Notes: generated by a model from the letters alone, not told the origin. Numbered from the stretch's first letter, positions 27,314 to 37,684 are shown. The stretch is 64,000 bases of DNA from an uncultured Pseudomonadales bacterium (GCA_943842505.1 CALTDI010000008.1:88330-152329), one strand, 5' to 3'. Program-made: numbers and translations.

Positions 27314-29092
27314 CTAATTACACGTATGAAAGGCGGGGCCGTATTTCTCTAACTTCCGTTCTCCGACACCGCTGACCAGAGAGAAGGCGTTCATGTCCCG
27401 GGGCAGGTCCACGCACATCTGTTGCAGGCTGGTATCGTGGAAAATCACATAAGGGGGAACGCCCTGATCTTCAGCAAATTCTCTTCTGCATTCACGCAGA
27501 GCCTCCCAAAGGGCAACATCCACATCGGCGACGAGGGGTGTCTTCGTTTGGCGTTTCGCCGGTTTCTTCTTGACGTCGAGTCGAAACTGAATCGTTTCCT
27601 CGCCTCGTAGTAGTGGTCTGCAGGCCTCCTCTAATCTGAGCGCACCAAAGCGTTCAAGATCGACGCTTAGATGACCGCGTGCCACCAGTTGTCTGTACAC
27701 CGAGCGCCATTGATTATTATCCAGATCTTGACCTATACCATGGGAGGCCAAGCGATGGTGGTCGAATTGGAATATTTTATCGGTTTCCGCGCCTCGCAAC
27801 ACATCGATCAGATGATTCACACCGAAACGCTGCTCCGTTCTATAGGCGACGCTTAGGGCCTTGCGCGCCGCCTCGGTGCCATCCCAGGTTTGCGCCGGCT
27901 CCAGACAGCAATCGCAGTTGCCACAGGGCTGCGCTAGATCCTCTCCGAAGTAGGCAAGCAATGCCTGCCGGCGACAGGTGGTGATTTCACACAGGCCAAG
28001 CATGGCATTGAGACGGTGTTGCTCGGCACGCTTGTATTCCTCGCTGCCTGCTGAACCTTCCATCATCTGGCGCAGTTTGATGACATCCTGTAATCCATAG
28101 ATCATCCAGGCATCCGCCGGTTCGCCATCGCGCCCGGCACGACCGGTTTCCTGATAGTACGACTCGATAGTCTTGGGAAGATCCAGGTGGGCGACATAGC
28201 GCACATCGGGTTTGTCGATACCCATGCCGAAGGCAATGGTGGCTACTATGATCACGCCCTCGTCGCGCAAGAATCTGCGCTGATGTTCCGCTCGGGTTTC
28301 GCTGGGTAATCCGGCGTGATAGGGCAGCGCATTGAAACCTTCACTCTGCAACCAGTAGGCAATGTCTTCTGTCTTCTTTCTCGAGAGGCAATACACGATG
28401 CCGGCGTCAGTCGGATGCTCATCTTTTAGAAATTTTAAGAGCTGGTTTTTGGCGTTGTGCTTTAGCGCGATGCGGTAGCAGATATTGGGTCGATCGAAGC
28501 CAGCCAAGAACTGACCCGCATGCTCCAACTGCAGGCGACTGATGATCTCTTCCCTGGTTCTGGCATCCGCGGTTGCGGTGAGAGCGATTCTTGGCACTTC
28601 TGGAAACAACTCATGAAGCAGGCTTAACTGCAGATAGTCGGCTCGAAAATCATGCCCCCATTGCGACACGCAGTGGGCCTCATCGATCGCGAACAGCGAA
28701 ATAGACGCCTGTCTTAACAATTTCAGCGTGTTTGACTGAGTAAATCGCTCCGGTGCGATATACAGAAGATCCAGCTCGCCGGCTAGCAGGGCTTGTTCGA
28801 TAGCGCGGGCTTCGCTAGCGCTTAGTGTGGAATTCAGGAATGAGGCTCGCACTCCTAGCAGCTTCATAGCGCTAACCTGGTCCTGCATCAATGCGATAAG
28901 CGGCGATATGACAACACCGCATCCCTCACGCACTAGCGCTGGGATTTGATAACAGAGTGACTTACCGCCGCCTGTGGGCATCAATACCAGTGCATCGTCA
29001 CCGGCAACAACGGATTCGATTATTTGATCTTGGGGAGGGCGAAAGGTGGAAAAGCCAAAAACGGATTGTAAAATGTCATGTGCACTACTCAT
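27314..29092 (-). CDS. recQ: ATP-dependent DNA helicase RecQ
   Basis: MSSAHDILQSVFGFSTFRPPQDQII, Walker A MPTGGGKS, DEAH box DEAHCVSQWGHDFR, zinc-binding CGNCDCC, and a C-terminal HRDC-like region. Start taken at ATG 29090-29092. The track extension to 29458 is not RecQ-like. Confidence 0.95.
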   Translation of the reverse strand: MSSAHDILQSVFGFSTFRPPQDQIIESVVAGDDALVLMPTGGGKSLCYQIPALVREGCGVVISPLIALMQDQVSAMKLLGVRASFLNSTLSASEARAIEQALLAGELDLLYIAPERFTQSNTLKLLRQASISLFAIDEAHCVSQWGHDFRADYLQLSLLHELFPEVPRIALTATADARTREEIISRLQLEHAGQFLAGFDRPNICYRIALKHNAKNQLLKFLKDEHPTDAGIVYCLSRKKTEDIAYWLQSEGFNALPYHAGLPSETRAEHQRRFLRDEGVIIVATIAFGMGIDKPDVRYVAHLDLPKTIESYYQETGRAGRDGEPADAWMIYGLQDVIKLRQMMEGSAGSEEYKRAEQHRLNAMLGLCEITTCRRQALLAYFGEDLAQPCGNCDCCLEPAQTWDGTEAARKALSVAYRTEQRFGVNHLIDVLRGAETDKIFQFDHHRLASHGIGQDLDNNQWRSVYRQLVARGHLSVDLERFGALRLEEACRPLLRGEETIQFRLDVKKKPAKRQTKTPLVADVDVALWEALRECRREFAEDQGVPPYVIFHDTSLQQMCVDLPRDMNAFSLVSGVGERKLEKYGPAFHTCN

Positions 29093-29291
29093 TGCGGGGC
29101 AGTATACCGTATAGTTACCAGATTCTATTGTTAGTATTGATAATAGTCGGTAATTCTTTTGTAGCAAGACTCTGGTGATTCTTGTTTCTTCGAAGATTAA
29201 TTCTGCGGATCGGTGCTGCAGGGGAAATTCAGAGCGAAGAAGTCTGCTGTGATGGCCGCTATGGGAATAAACAGAGAGGGAGCGGGGCGAA

Positions 29292-29972
29292 GTGCCAAGC
29301 ATCTTAGATAGGTTAGAAAAGCTAAAGGCCAAGCGACGTGGAATTCGAATCCATGATTTTGGCAATATCAGCTCAGGTTCGCATCTGATCATGGAAGAGC
29401 ATTCTCGCCTGGGTAATGTTCGCGTCAGATTGCCCGAGGCGGATCGGCCCCTGCGCATAGGCGCTTACAGCTATATGCGCGAAGGTGGTGAGATATGGAA
29501 TCTGGATAGCATTGGGCGCTTCTGCTCCATCGGTCGCAATGTGGTCCTGGGCCAGCCCACAGACAACCATCCAATCGATTGGGTTTCAAGCAGCATGACG
29601 GTTAGCAAGGGTTACCAAGAAAGCTGCAACTATTGCAGTATTGGTCACGATGTCTGGATTGCCCATAATGTTGTTGTTATGGCCGGAGTTAAGATCGGTA
29701 ATGGGGCCGTCATTGGTCGCAATGCCGTGGTTACTAAAGACGTTGAGCCGTACCAGATTGTTGTAGGTAATCCGGGTAAGGCAGTGCGTATGCGCTTCAC
29801 TATGGAGCAGATAGTAGGTCTTATGCAGAGCGAGTGGTGGAATATAGACTTCGCAGCTCTCGCCGGGCTACCTTTTGCCGATGTCGATGCATTCCTGCAG
29901 TGCCTGGAGGATACGATGCCAGACGCTACCTATAAAAAAATCGAGATCCGCAATGGAAGGATTAACAATTAA
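29292..29972 (+). CDS. hexapeptide-repeat (left-handed beta-helix) acetyltransferase, CatB/Vat-like
   Basis: IGHDVWIAHNVVVMAGVKIGNGAVIGRNAVVTKDVEPYQIVVGNPGK hexapeptide repeats. GTG start; an internal Met at 29391 is an alternative. Confidence 0.75.
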   Translation: MPSILDRLEKLKAKRRGIRIHDFGNISSGSHLIMEEHSRLGNVRVRLPEADRPLRIGAYSYMREGGEIWNLDSIGRFCSIGRNVVLGQPTDNHPIDWVSSSMTVSKGYQESCNYCSIGHDVWIAHNVVVMAGVKIGNGAVIGRNAVVTKDVEPYQIVVGNPGKAVRMRFTMEQIVGLMQSEWWNIDFAALAGLPFADVDAFLQCLEDTMPDATYKKIEIRNGRINN

Positions 29973-30023
29973 CTAAGGTTTTTAGTCCTGCGCTCAAAGT
30001 TAGTCACATCAAGGAAATTTAAA

Positions 30024-30983
30024 TTGGATCTGTCCGCCATACAAGAGTCAGCTGCAGCATTTTTTGATGTTGCGCAGCCGGATGCCCGCAGGATATTTCA
30101 TGGCAGAGGGCAGCTGTATCCGGGCCTGGAACATATCTGCATAGACTGGCTCGCACCCCTGGTGTTGATTTCAGCCTTTGATGAGATTGAGGATTCTGCT
30201 GCCGTGCTGCAAGTATTGCGAGACGCTGATACAAAGGGGCAGATTCAGTCGGTCATGTTGCAGAATAGATTTATTCAGGGTGCGCCAGCGCAGGCATTGT
30301 TTGGGGAGCCGCTGGAACAACTCATTGTCACTGAAGACAAGTTACGCTTTGAGGTACATCCCGGGCTGCAACAGAACTGCGGCCTGTTTATGGATACGCG
30401 CTTGTTGCGCGACTGGTTGTTGGCAAATAGTGAGGGCCGAAATGTACTCAATCTGTTCGCCTATACCTGTTCCCTGTCTGTGGCTGCTCTGGCCGGCGGT
30501 GCAAAATCTGTCACCAATGTGGACATGAGCAAGACCAGTATCAATTGGGGTGAGAAGAACCATGATCTGAACTTGCAGGATCTGGAGAAGGTAAAATCGA
30601 TTCCTCACAACCTGTTCAAGTCATGGGGAAAGATTAAACAGCTTGGGCGCTATGACATCGTGTTAATCGATCCGCCCATGCGGCAGCGGGGAAGCTTCGA
30701 TGCCTCGAAGAATTATGGTGCTGTCATCAAGAAGATGAAGAGCCTATGTAAGCCGAATGCGCAAATCATTGCGACGATTAATAGTCCCTTTCTCAGTTCA
30801 GACTATCTGCAGAAATTGTTTGAGAAACACCTGCCCGGGGCTAAATATCTCGGAGAGATTGCCGTCGCCGGAGAATTTCGAGATAAATATCCAGAGCGCG
30901 CACTGAATATCTGCCATTTCGAAATGGCAGCGCGTCAAGGCGAGAATCTCGACCAGTCCAACGGTGATGAGGCAATTTCTTAA
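30024..30983 (+). CDS. class I SAM-dependent methyltransferase (RlmI/YwbD-like catalytic domain)
   Basis: VLNLFAYTCSLSVAALAGGAKSVTNVDMSKTSINWGEKNHDLN...YDIVLIDPP. Confidence 0.7.
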   Translation: MDLSAIQESAAAFFDVAQPDARRIFHGRGQLYPGLEHICIDWLAPLVLISAFDEIEDSAAVLQVLRDADTKGQIQSVMLQNRFIQGAPAQALFGEPLEQLIVTEDKLRFEVHPGLQQNCGLFMDTRLLRDWLLANSEGRNVLNLFAYTCSLSVAALAGGAKSVTNVDMSKTSINWGEKNHDLNLQDLEKVKSIPHNLFKSWGKIKQLGRYDIVLIDPPMRQRGSFDASKNYGAVIKKMKSLCKPNAQIIATINSPFLSSDYLQKLFEKHLPGAKYLGEIAVAGEFRDKYPERALNICHFEMAARQGENLDQSNGDEAIS

Positions 30984-31038
30984 CAGGCTAGGTGATAACT
31001 ACTAAAACCCTATTTTATCGATGGGAGTGGGCTAAAAA

Positions 31039-31536
31039 ATGACCGACGAACAAGAAAGTAGTTCAGATAGCGAGCCGGATAAGAAGGGCGCTGCCGTAAA
31101 ATTTCCCCCGCCGGCAATCTTTGCCAGCCTTACTCTGCTGGGCGCCGCAATACAAATGCTATGGCCCCTGGGTCTTGGCATTCCGCAGTCGCTGGAAATC
31201 TTTGGATATCTGTTGGTGCTGCTCGGTGTGGCAATTGCGATTGGTGTGAATAGCTCGTTCAAGAAGGTTGGTACTGCAATCGAGCCCTGGAAGCCTACTA
31301 CAGCGATTGTGACCACGGGTATCTACGGGTGGTCTCGTAATCCAATTTATACCGGCTTCTGTCTCATCAATATAGGCATAGGTGTGGCGTCTAATAATTT
31401 TTGGATCTTCGTCAGCTTCATTCCCGCCGCCTTTTTGCTGTACCACGTGGCCATAGCCAAAGAAGAAGCTTACCTGGCGCAGAAATTTGGAGATGAATAT
31501 CTCGCCTATAAGAAGAAGGTCAGGCGTTGGCTTTAA
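31039..31536 (+). CDS. isoprenylcysteine carboxyl methyltransferase (ICMT/PEMT-like) family membrane protein
   Basis: TM helices plus TTGIYGWSRNPIYTGF...EEAYLAQKFGDEYLAYKKKVRRWL. Confidence 0.7.
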   Translation: MTDEQESSSDSEPDKKGAAVKFPPPAIFASLTLLGAAIQMLWPLGLGIPQSLEIFGYLLVLLGVAIAIGVNSSFKKVGTAIEPWKPTTAIVTTGIYGWSRNPIYTGFCLINIGIGVASNNFWIFVSFIPAAFLLYHVAIAKEEAYLAQKFGDEYLAYKKKVRRWL

Positions 31537-31576
31537 TTCGTCTGAGATAGTGAATCGTTCGGTTCATTCGTAACAA

Positions 31577-32011
31577 TTGCAGAGTGAGGAAGTGATCTTA
31601 GTGAAGCCACGAATCAGCATGATTACTCTTGGTGTTGACGATCTCGAGAGGTCGGTTAGGTTCTATCGCGACGGGCTCGGGTTTCCGCAGCTTGAATCGT
31701 CCCCGGGGGTCGCTTTTTTCACACTGAACGGCACCTGGCTGGGTCTGTATGGTCGCGCCGAGTTGGCACAAGACGCGACAGTTGCTGCGGCCGGTGAAGG
31801 TTTCAATAGCTTCTCTATCGCCCACAATCTTGCCAGTGAAGAGGAAGTGGATGCGGCAATGAGCGAGGCGATAGCTGCGGGTGCAATTTTGGTAAAAACG
31901 CCCCAGCAAGTTTTCTGGGGCGGATATTCGGGTTATTTCAAGGATCCAGATGGCCATCTCTGGGAGCTCGCCTACAACCCCTTCGAATGGATAGGTCCCA
32001 AAGACGAGTGA
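31577..32011 (+). CDS. VOC (glyoxalase/bleomycin-resistance fold) family protein
   Basis: ISMITLGVDDLERSVRFYRDGLGF...FKDPDGHLWELAYNP. The true start may be GTG 31604 or ATG 31619. Confidence 0.75.
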   Translation: MQSEEVILVKPRISMITLGVDDLERSVRFYRDGLGFPQLESSPGVAFFTLNGTWLGLYGRAELAQDATVAAAGEGFNSFSIAHNLASEEEVDAAMSEAIAAGAILVKTPQQVFWGGYSGYFKDPDGHLWELAYNPFEWIGPKDE

Positions 32012-32021
32012 TCGCAAGGAG

Positions 32022-33566
32022 TTGAGAGTGTTAGATTCGACGCCAATATTGGTCGGTGCTGGTCAATTTACCGACAGGGAAACGAATCCAGAGATCGCCC
32101 AGTCGCCCATGGGCGTCGCCGCTATGGCAGCGCAGGCGGCTCTGATCGATGTGGGTGCAGGTTCGAGTCTGGCGTCAGCCATCGACACGCTCGCCGTAGT
32201 AAGAATCTTTCAAGACTCCTACAAACGTCCCCGAGTCGCCACCTCCTTCGGACGTGCCGAGAATCCACCACGAGCTGTGGCAAGACGCATAGGTGCAAAC
32301 CCTGTTAACGCCATCTATAGCAATGCCGGGGGCAATACTCCGCAGAAATTGATCAATGAAATGGCGCAGCGCATCACCGATGGCGACGTGTCGGTAGCGC
32401 TACTTACCGGTTCCGAGGCGATCAAAACTGCTCAGGGCGCGCTCAGAAACCATATTGATCTGAATTGGCAGGAAGAGGACGAGGGCACGCAGGAAGATCG
32501 AGGGATTGGTGAGGCTCTGGTAAGCCCTATTGAGATTGCTCACGGTCTGGTGTCGCCCATTCAGGCCTATCCGCTTTTCGAGAATGCGATTCGTAAAAAT
32601 AAGGGTCGTTCCATCGAGGAGCATCTCCTGGCAATGGGAGAACTGTTCGCCCCATTCACCGAGGTGGCTGCGGACAACCCCTTCTCCTCCTATGGAACGC
32701 GGCGTTCGCCAGAGCAGTTGGCAACTGTTACAAGTGACAATCGTTTCATCTGTTTTCCCTATCCTAAACTAATGAATGCGCGGGATGCGGTAAATCAGGG
32801 AGCGGCGGTGGTCATGACTTCCGTTGGTAAGGCGAAAGAATTGGGTATTGACCCCGCTAAGTGGGTTTTTCTCCACGGCTGTAGTGAGGCCAATGAGAAA
32901 TTATTGGTAAGCGATCGGGTCGACTACCATTCTTCGCCCGCTATAAGGGCGAATACACAGCAAGCGTTTGAAATGGCTGGCAAGACTGTCGAAGACATCG
33001 ATCTTATCGATATCTATTCCTGTTTCCCCTCGGCCGTCGAGGTCGCCTGCAAGGAGTTGGGGTTGAGTCATGCAGATCCACGCGGCCTAACCGTGACCGG
33101 CGGCTTACCTTTCTTCGGCGGTCCAGGAAATAATTATTCGATGCATGCGATAGCTACACTATTGCCATTGTTGCGCGCTCAGCCTGGTCAGTTTGCATTG
33201 CTAACCGCCAACGGTGGACGCCTGTCGAAGCACGCGACAGGCATCTATTCGGCAACACCCGTCAGAGGAGCCTGGCAGAGAGAGTCTAATACCAAGATAC
33301 AGGCACAGATCGACGCCATGCCTAGCCCGGAATTTATCGCGGCAGCCAATGGGCCGGCGAAGATCGAAACCTATACTGTCTGTTTCGACAGGACTGCCCC
33401 AGTGCGGGGCATTGTTATCGGAAGATTGCTTGAGAGCGATCAGCGCTTCATTGCCAATACAGACGACGATGCCCAAACTCTTGCGCAGATGTTGCAAGAT
33501 GACTTTCTAAGTTGCTCCGGCAATGTGATCTCTAACGCTGAGCTGAATACGTTCACAGTCGCATGA
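32022..33566 (+). CDS. thiolase-like (SCP-x type) protein with a C-terminal OB-fold (DUF35-like) extension
   Basis: Thiolase C-terminal signatures IYSCFPSAVEVA and GGLPFFGGPGNNYSMHAI. The last ~100 aa (AKIETYTVCFDRTAPVRGIVIGRL) look DUF35-like. Confidence 0.65.
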   Translation: MRVLDSTPILVGAGQFTDRETNPEIAQSPMGVAAMAAQAALIDVGAGSSLASAIDTLAVVRIFQDSYKRPRVATSFGRAENPPRAVARRIGANPVNAIYSNAGGNTPQKLINEMAQRITDGDVSVALLTGSEAIKTAQGALRNHIDLNWQEEDEGTQEDRGIGEALVSPIEIAHGLVSPIQAYPLFENAIRKNKGRSIEEHLLAMGELFAPFTEVAADNPFSSYGTRRSPEQLATVTSDNRFICFPYPKLMNARDAVNQGAAVVMTSVGKAKELGIDPAKWVFLHGCSEANEKLLVSDRVDYHSSPAIRANTQQAFEMAGKTVEDIDLIDIYSCFPSAVEVACKELGLSHADPRGLTVTGGLPFFGGPGNNYSMHAIATLLPLLRAQPGQFALLTANGGRLSKHATGIYSATPVRGAWQRESNTKIQAQIDAMPSPEFIAAANGPAKIETYTVCFDRTAPVRGIVIGRLLESDQRFIANTDDDAQTLAQMLQDDFLSCSGNVISNAELNTFTVA

Positions 33567-33639
33567 GATTTCGTTAAGGTAGATGTCACTAACTAATTTT
33601 TAGCAGGGTGCAGCAACCCAATTTTTTTGAGGATTTAAG

Positions 33640-34608
33640 ATGTCGAGCAGAGTGCAGAAGAAAGTAGATTCCCCATTCAATGCCAAGTCTGAGCCCAGTG
33701 AAATTTTGGCTGACAAAGACCTGACGGGAAAAGTCGTGATTGTAACCGGCGGCTACTCCGGCATCGGCCTGGAGACTACACGTGCACTGGCCGCTGCGGG
33801 TGCCAAAGTCTATGTGCCGGTACGCAGCCCTGACAAGGCTCAGGAAAATCTTAAGGATGTTGAGGGAGAGGTGATTGTGAATGCGATGGACCTCGCGGAT
33901 TTGGCTAGCGTTCGTCGCTATGCGGCCTCCATAGCCGATCGAGAATCGAAGCTCGACTTGCTGATTAACAATGCCGGCATTATGGCCTGCCCAGAGGCGC
34001 GAGTCGGCAATAATTGGGAATCGCAATTTGGCGTCAACCACATAGGGCATTTCGTCTTGACTCAAAAATTGCTGCCCCTACTTCAAAACGCAGGCTCGGC
34101 GCGGGTAGTTTGTCTCTCCTCAATTGCGCACCGCCGCAGCGATATTCTCTGGGACGATATCCATTTCGAATCAACTGACTACGAAAAGTGGACTGCCTAC
34201 GCACAGGCAAAGACAGCCAATGCCCTGTTTGCGCTTGCTCTGGACATGAAGTATCGAGATCAGGGTATACAGGCTTTTTCGGTTCATCCGGGTGGCATTC
34301 TTACACCTCTGCAGCGGCATCTACCCAATGAAGAGATGATGGCTCTGGGCTGGACCGATGCCGATGGCAATCTGTCCGAGCAGGTCGCTGCAATGTTTAA
34401 GTCGACTACGCAGGGTTGCACTACGACTCTGTGGGCAGCAACCAGTGATGCGCTTGCCGACACCGGCGGTCTCTATTGTGAGGATTGTAACGTGTCCAAT
34501 CTCGCCACCGAAGACTCGCCACGATTTTGTGATGTCGCTCCTTGGGCGGTGAGCGAAGAAAGTGCAAACAGACTTTGGGATCTAACTGAAAAGATGTTGG
34601 CCGAGTAG
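33640..34608 (+). CDS. SDR family oxidoreductase (retinol-dehydrogenase-like)
   Basis: VVIVTGGYSGIGLET (TGxxxGxG), NNAGIM, and catalytic YAQAKTAN (YxxxK). Confidence 0.8.
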   Translation: MSSRVQKKVDSPFNAKSEPSEILADKDLTGKVVIVTGGYSGIGLETTRALAAAGAKVYVPVRSPDKAQENLKDVEGEVIVNAMDLADLASVRRYAASIADRESKLDLLINNAGIMACPEARVGNNWESQFGVNHIGHFVLTQKLLPLLQNAGSARVVCLSSIAHRRSDILWDDIHFESTDYEKWTAYAQAKTANALFALALDMKYRDQGIQAFSVHPGGILTPLQRHLPNEEMMALGWTDADGNLSEQVAAMFKSTTQGCTTTLWAATSDALADTGGLYCEDCNVSNLATEDSPRFCDVAPWAVSEESANRLWDLTEKMLAE

Positions 34609-34637
34609 AGTGGCGGCTTTAACTTAGGAGTATTACT

Positions 34638-35657
34638 GTGGCGTTACCAAAAATCGCAATCAATGGTTTCGGTCGTATCGGTCGAACAATCATGCGTATC
34701 GCGAAGTTGCGCAAGCACTATGATGTGGTTGCTGTGAATGATCTGGCCAGCCCCGATCAACTAGCCTATGCCTTCAAGTACGATAGCACCCATGGTGTGT
34801 TTCCCGGCGACGTGAGTTTTCAGGGAGATGAAATGGAGATAGATGGCGACAGGTTTAAGGTTCTCAGCGAAAGAGATCCAGCCAAGCTTCCCTGGAAGGA
34901 AATGGGCGTCGACTATGTAATAGAGAGTTCCGGTGCCTTCAAGCACTTGGTGGACCTGCAGAAACATATCGATGGCGGTGCGAGACGCGTCGTGCTCACA
35001 GTGCCCTGCAAAGACCCGCTCGATTCGACACTAGTGGCGGGCGTGAACGACCACGTGGTCACTCCTGCGAGCACTATCATTAGCAATGCAAGCTGCACGA
35101 CGAACTGTGCCGCGCCACTGGCGAAGGTGTTGCACGATGCTTTCGGCATTCGGCGCGGTCTACTCACCACGGTTCATGCCTATACATCGGGACAGCGTCT
35201 GATCGATTCGCCCCAGGGTGGCGACAAGAGGCGGTCACGCAATGCGGCTACCAATATTGTTCCTACCTCGACCGGCGCCGCCAAGGCGATAGGCCTGGTG
35301 ATGCCAGAGCTGGCGGGGAAATTAGATGGCCTTGCCATGCGTGTACCCATACCCGATGGCAGTATTGTGGATATGGTCGTTGAGTTGCATGAGGATGCAA
35401 CGGTTGAGTCGATAAATGCGGCGATGCGGCAGGCAGCCTCGGGATCGATGCAAGGCATTCTGCAATATTCTGAAGAAGAAATTGTGAGTAGCGATATTAT
35501 CGGCAATTCCCATTCCAGCATCTTCGATTCATTACTAACCCAGGTGATGGATGATAGGCTGGTGAAAGTGGTCAGCTGGTATGACAACGAGTGGGGTTAC
35601 AGTACTAGAGTGGAAGAACTGATACAGCGTCTGGCAAAGATGGATGGAATCGCCTAG
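34638..35657 (+). CDS. gap: type I glyceraldehyde-3-phosphate dehydrogenase
   Basis: INGFGRIGR, active site SNASCTTNC, and WYDNEWGYS near the C-terminus. 339 aa. Confidence 0.9.
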   Translation: MALPKIAINGFGRIGRTIMRIAKLRKHYDVVAVNDLASPDQLAYAFKYDSTHGVFPGDVSFQGDEMEIDGDRFKVLSERDPAKLPWKEMGVDYVIESSGAFKHLVDLQKHIDGGARRVVLTVPCKDPLDSTLVAGVNDHVVTPASTIISNASCTTNCAAPLAKVLHDAFGIRRGLLTTVHAYTSGQRLIDSPQGGDKRRSRNAATNIVPTSTGAAKAIGLVMPELAGKLDGLAMRVPIPDGSIVDMVVELHEDATVESINAAMRQAASGSMQGILQYSEEEIVSSDIIGNSHSSIFDSLLTQVMDDRLVKVVSWYDNEWGYSTRVEELIQRLAKMDGIA

Positions 35658-35703
35658 GCAGACGCCTATCTTGTTAAAGGGCTAGCAATCTAGAGAAATC
35701 AAA

Positions 35704-36462
35704 TTGGATTTTACAGACAAAACAGTACTGGTTACGGGTGGTACCCGAGGTATAGGTAGGGCGATCGCCCTAGCTTTTGCCAGAAAAGGGGCGCGTGTCG
35801 CTGCAGTTTTTCGCAGCGATCAGGCTAGCGCCGATAAAACATTAGCATCTCTGGATGGCAGCGGACACATCGCCATCAAGGCAGACGTGTCTGACCCCGC
35901 TCAGGTGGAGCAGGCGATCGATCAGATGGTAGCCGAATTCGGTAGATTAGACATCGTGGTAAACAACGCAGGGATCGGTGACTACCATCCTATTACATCC
36001 ACCAGTTATGAAGATTGGCAGCAGGCGTGGCGACAAACCATCGATGCAAACTTAATCGGTCCGGCAAACATCTGTTTCTGTGCTGCTAAACATATGATCG
36101 ATCAGGGCGGGGGACGCATCGTGAATATTACTTCGCGCGGTGCATTTAGAGGAGAGCCTACAAAGGCCGCCTATGGCGCTAGTAAGGCTGGGCTGAACTC
36201 CCTCAGCCAGTCTTTGGCTGTCGCGCTTGGCCCGCACAAAATCTTTGTCGGGGCGGTGGCGCCTGGCTTTGTCAATACAGAGCTTACGGCAGACAGATTG
36301 AACGGCCCAGAAGGGCCTGAAATCAAGGCGCAGAGTCCATTCAACAGGGTCGCCGAGCCGGAGGAGGTCGCGCATGCGGTCTTGTTTCTGGCTAGCGAGG
36401 GAGCGGAGTTTTCCACCGGCACGATTATCGATGTAAACGGCGCTTCCTATTTACGAAGTTAA
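35704..36462 (+). CDS. SDR family oxidoreductase, FabG-like
   Basis: [27 protein letters not shown]. 252 aa. Confidence 0.8.
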   Translation: MDFTDKTVLVTGGTRGIGRAIALAFARKGARVAAVFRSDQASADKTLASLDGSGHIAIKADVSDPAQVEQAIDQMVAEFGRLDIVVNNAGIGDYHPITSTSYEDWQQAWRQTIDANLIGPANICFCAAKHMIDQGGGRIVNITSRGAFRGEPTKAAYGASKAGLNSLSQSLAVALGPHKIFVGAVAPGFVNTELTADRLNGPEGPEIKAQSPFNRVAEPEEVAHAVLFLASEGAEFSTGTIIDVNGASYLRS

Positions 36463-36503
36463 TAGCGGCCCATTCGACTTTTTCAAAATTGGAAGCTTGT
36501 TTC

Positions 36504-37364
36504 ATGCGTCAATCTCTTAGTGAACACCGATTATCTGCATGCTTATTTTTATTTGCAGCATTCTTCGCTGCGGGCAGCTATGCGCAACCGCGAGAATTCG
36601 ATGCAAAGATTGTTAAGCAATTCGATGCCTTCGATGCCTTTCAGGCTGTCGCGGTAGACGAGCATTTTTTCTATGCGATCAACAACAGGCAAATCACGCA
36701 GCATGATAAAGCCGATGGTCTGGCGCTGCAGCGGTGGGGCGACGAGAAGGTCGTTAGCAATTCTTTGACTCATCTGGATAGCGGCATAGTCTTGGCTGGA
36801 ACATTGTATTCAGCCCATTCCAATTATCCCGATTGGCCAATGACGAGTTCGGTCGAGGTGTGGGATGTGTCGAGCATGACTCATATCGATACCCATAGCT
36901 TCGGTGTTATGTTGGGTTCCTTAACTTGGTTGGATCGTTATGCTGAATCATGGTGGGGCACCTTCGCAAACTACGATCGGGTTCAACGAGGCATGACTAT
37001 GCCCTATGGTGAAACCAGTAATACGGTGATGGTTCAGTTCGACGACGATTTTCAGGTGCTGCATAGCTGGACTCTACCCGCCGAAATCCTCCGAAGGATG
37101 TCGCCGATGAGCAATTCTGGTGGCTCCTGGGGCCCGGATGGCTTGCTCTATCTGAGCGGTCATGATGACCCAGAGGTCTATGTCATGTCCCTGCCTGAAG
37201 ATGGGTCGGAACTGGACTGGCTGGCCACTATTCGTATTCCCGGTCTTAACGGCCAGGGTATAGCCTGGGACCGGTCTGACGATGGTCGTTATCTCTGGGC
37301 GATTCTACGCAGTACGCGGCAGGTGCTAAAGATAGAGATGCCCAAACTAGACGGCGCTCTGTAG
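36504..37364 (+). CDS. secreted hypothetical protein
   Basis: Start taken at ATG 36504 (MRQSLSEHRLSACLFLFAAFFAAGSYAQP is a signal peptide). It is Trp/Asp/Gly-rich and possibly beta-propeller-like. No family recognised. Confidence 0.5.
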   Translation: MRQSLSEHRLSACLFLFAAFFAAGSYAQPREFDAKIVKQFDAFDAFQAVAVDEHFFYAINNRQITQHDKADGLALQRWGDEKVVSNSLTHLDSGIVLAGTLYSAHSNYPDWPMTSSVEVWDVSSMTHIDTHSFGVMLGSLTWLDRYAESWWGTFANYDRVQRGMTMPYGETSNTVMVQFDDDFQVLHSWTLPAEILRRMSPMSNSGGSWGPDGLLYLSGHDDPEVYVMSLPEDGSELDWLATIRIPGLNGQGIAWDRSDDGRYLWAILRSTRQVLKIEMPKLDGAL

Positions 37365-37406
37365 GCAGACAACAGGCAGACAACAGGCAGACAACAGGCA
37401 GACAAC
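37364..37406. repeat. 11-bp microsatellite (GGCAGACAACA) x4
   Basis: Four head-to-tail copies start at the last base of the TAG stop of 36504..37364. The last copy lacks its final base. Confidence 0.9.
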
Positions 37407-37684
37407 GTTTCTATCGTGGAGATGACACCCGACTTTCTTGTTCAGACATAATTACCGGCTCGAGTTTTCATCTTCCGAATAGGCCGGGCGATGCTATTCG
37501 CGCATTCTTGCTAGGAGTAAAACAGCTCTCCTAAAATCCTATGCAATCCCTTTTCCTATTAAGGAAGTACATCTTCGCGCCTGGATGTTAAGAGCTAGAA
37601 ACTCGGGAAGGAATTAGCGTTTTGCGGTAGACTTCCGGCTATGAAAAAAACCTGTCAAACAGATTCTTGTTCTGGTGAAAATTA

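Noticed and set aside
29093-29458. 122-codon N-terminal extension of the recQ ORF in the track
   Set aside because: RecQ homology begins at MSSAHDILQSVFGF (ATG 29092). The extension is Arg/Ser-rich and non-conserved-looking, and it would overlap the divergent acetyltransferase gene.
31598-32017. 139-aa minus-strand ORF spanning the whole VOC gene
   Set aside because: It is a full-length antisense ORF with no recognisable motifs, whereas the plus-strand reading has clear VOC-family motifs. The same reasoning applies to 33589..34065(-), 35180..35587(-), 49079..49714(-), 43721..44140(-) and 54055..54465(-).
32150-32175. tRNA-like T-arm string GGTTCGAGTC (similarly GGAATTCGAATCC near 29340)
   Set aside because: Both lie inside well-supported coding sequences (thiolase-like and acetyltransferase). 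They lack flanking acceptor and anticodon stems. I could fold no tRNA cloverleaf anywhere in the window.
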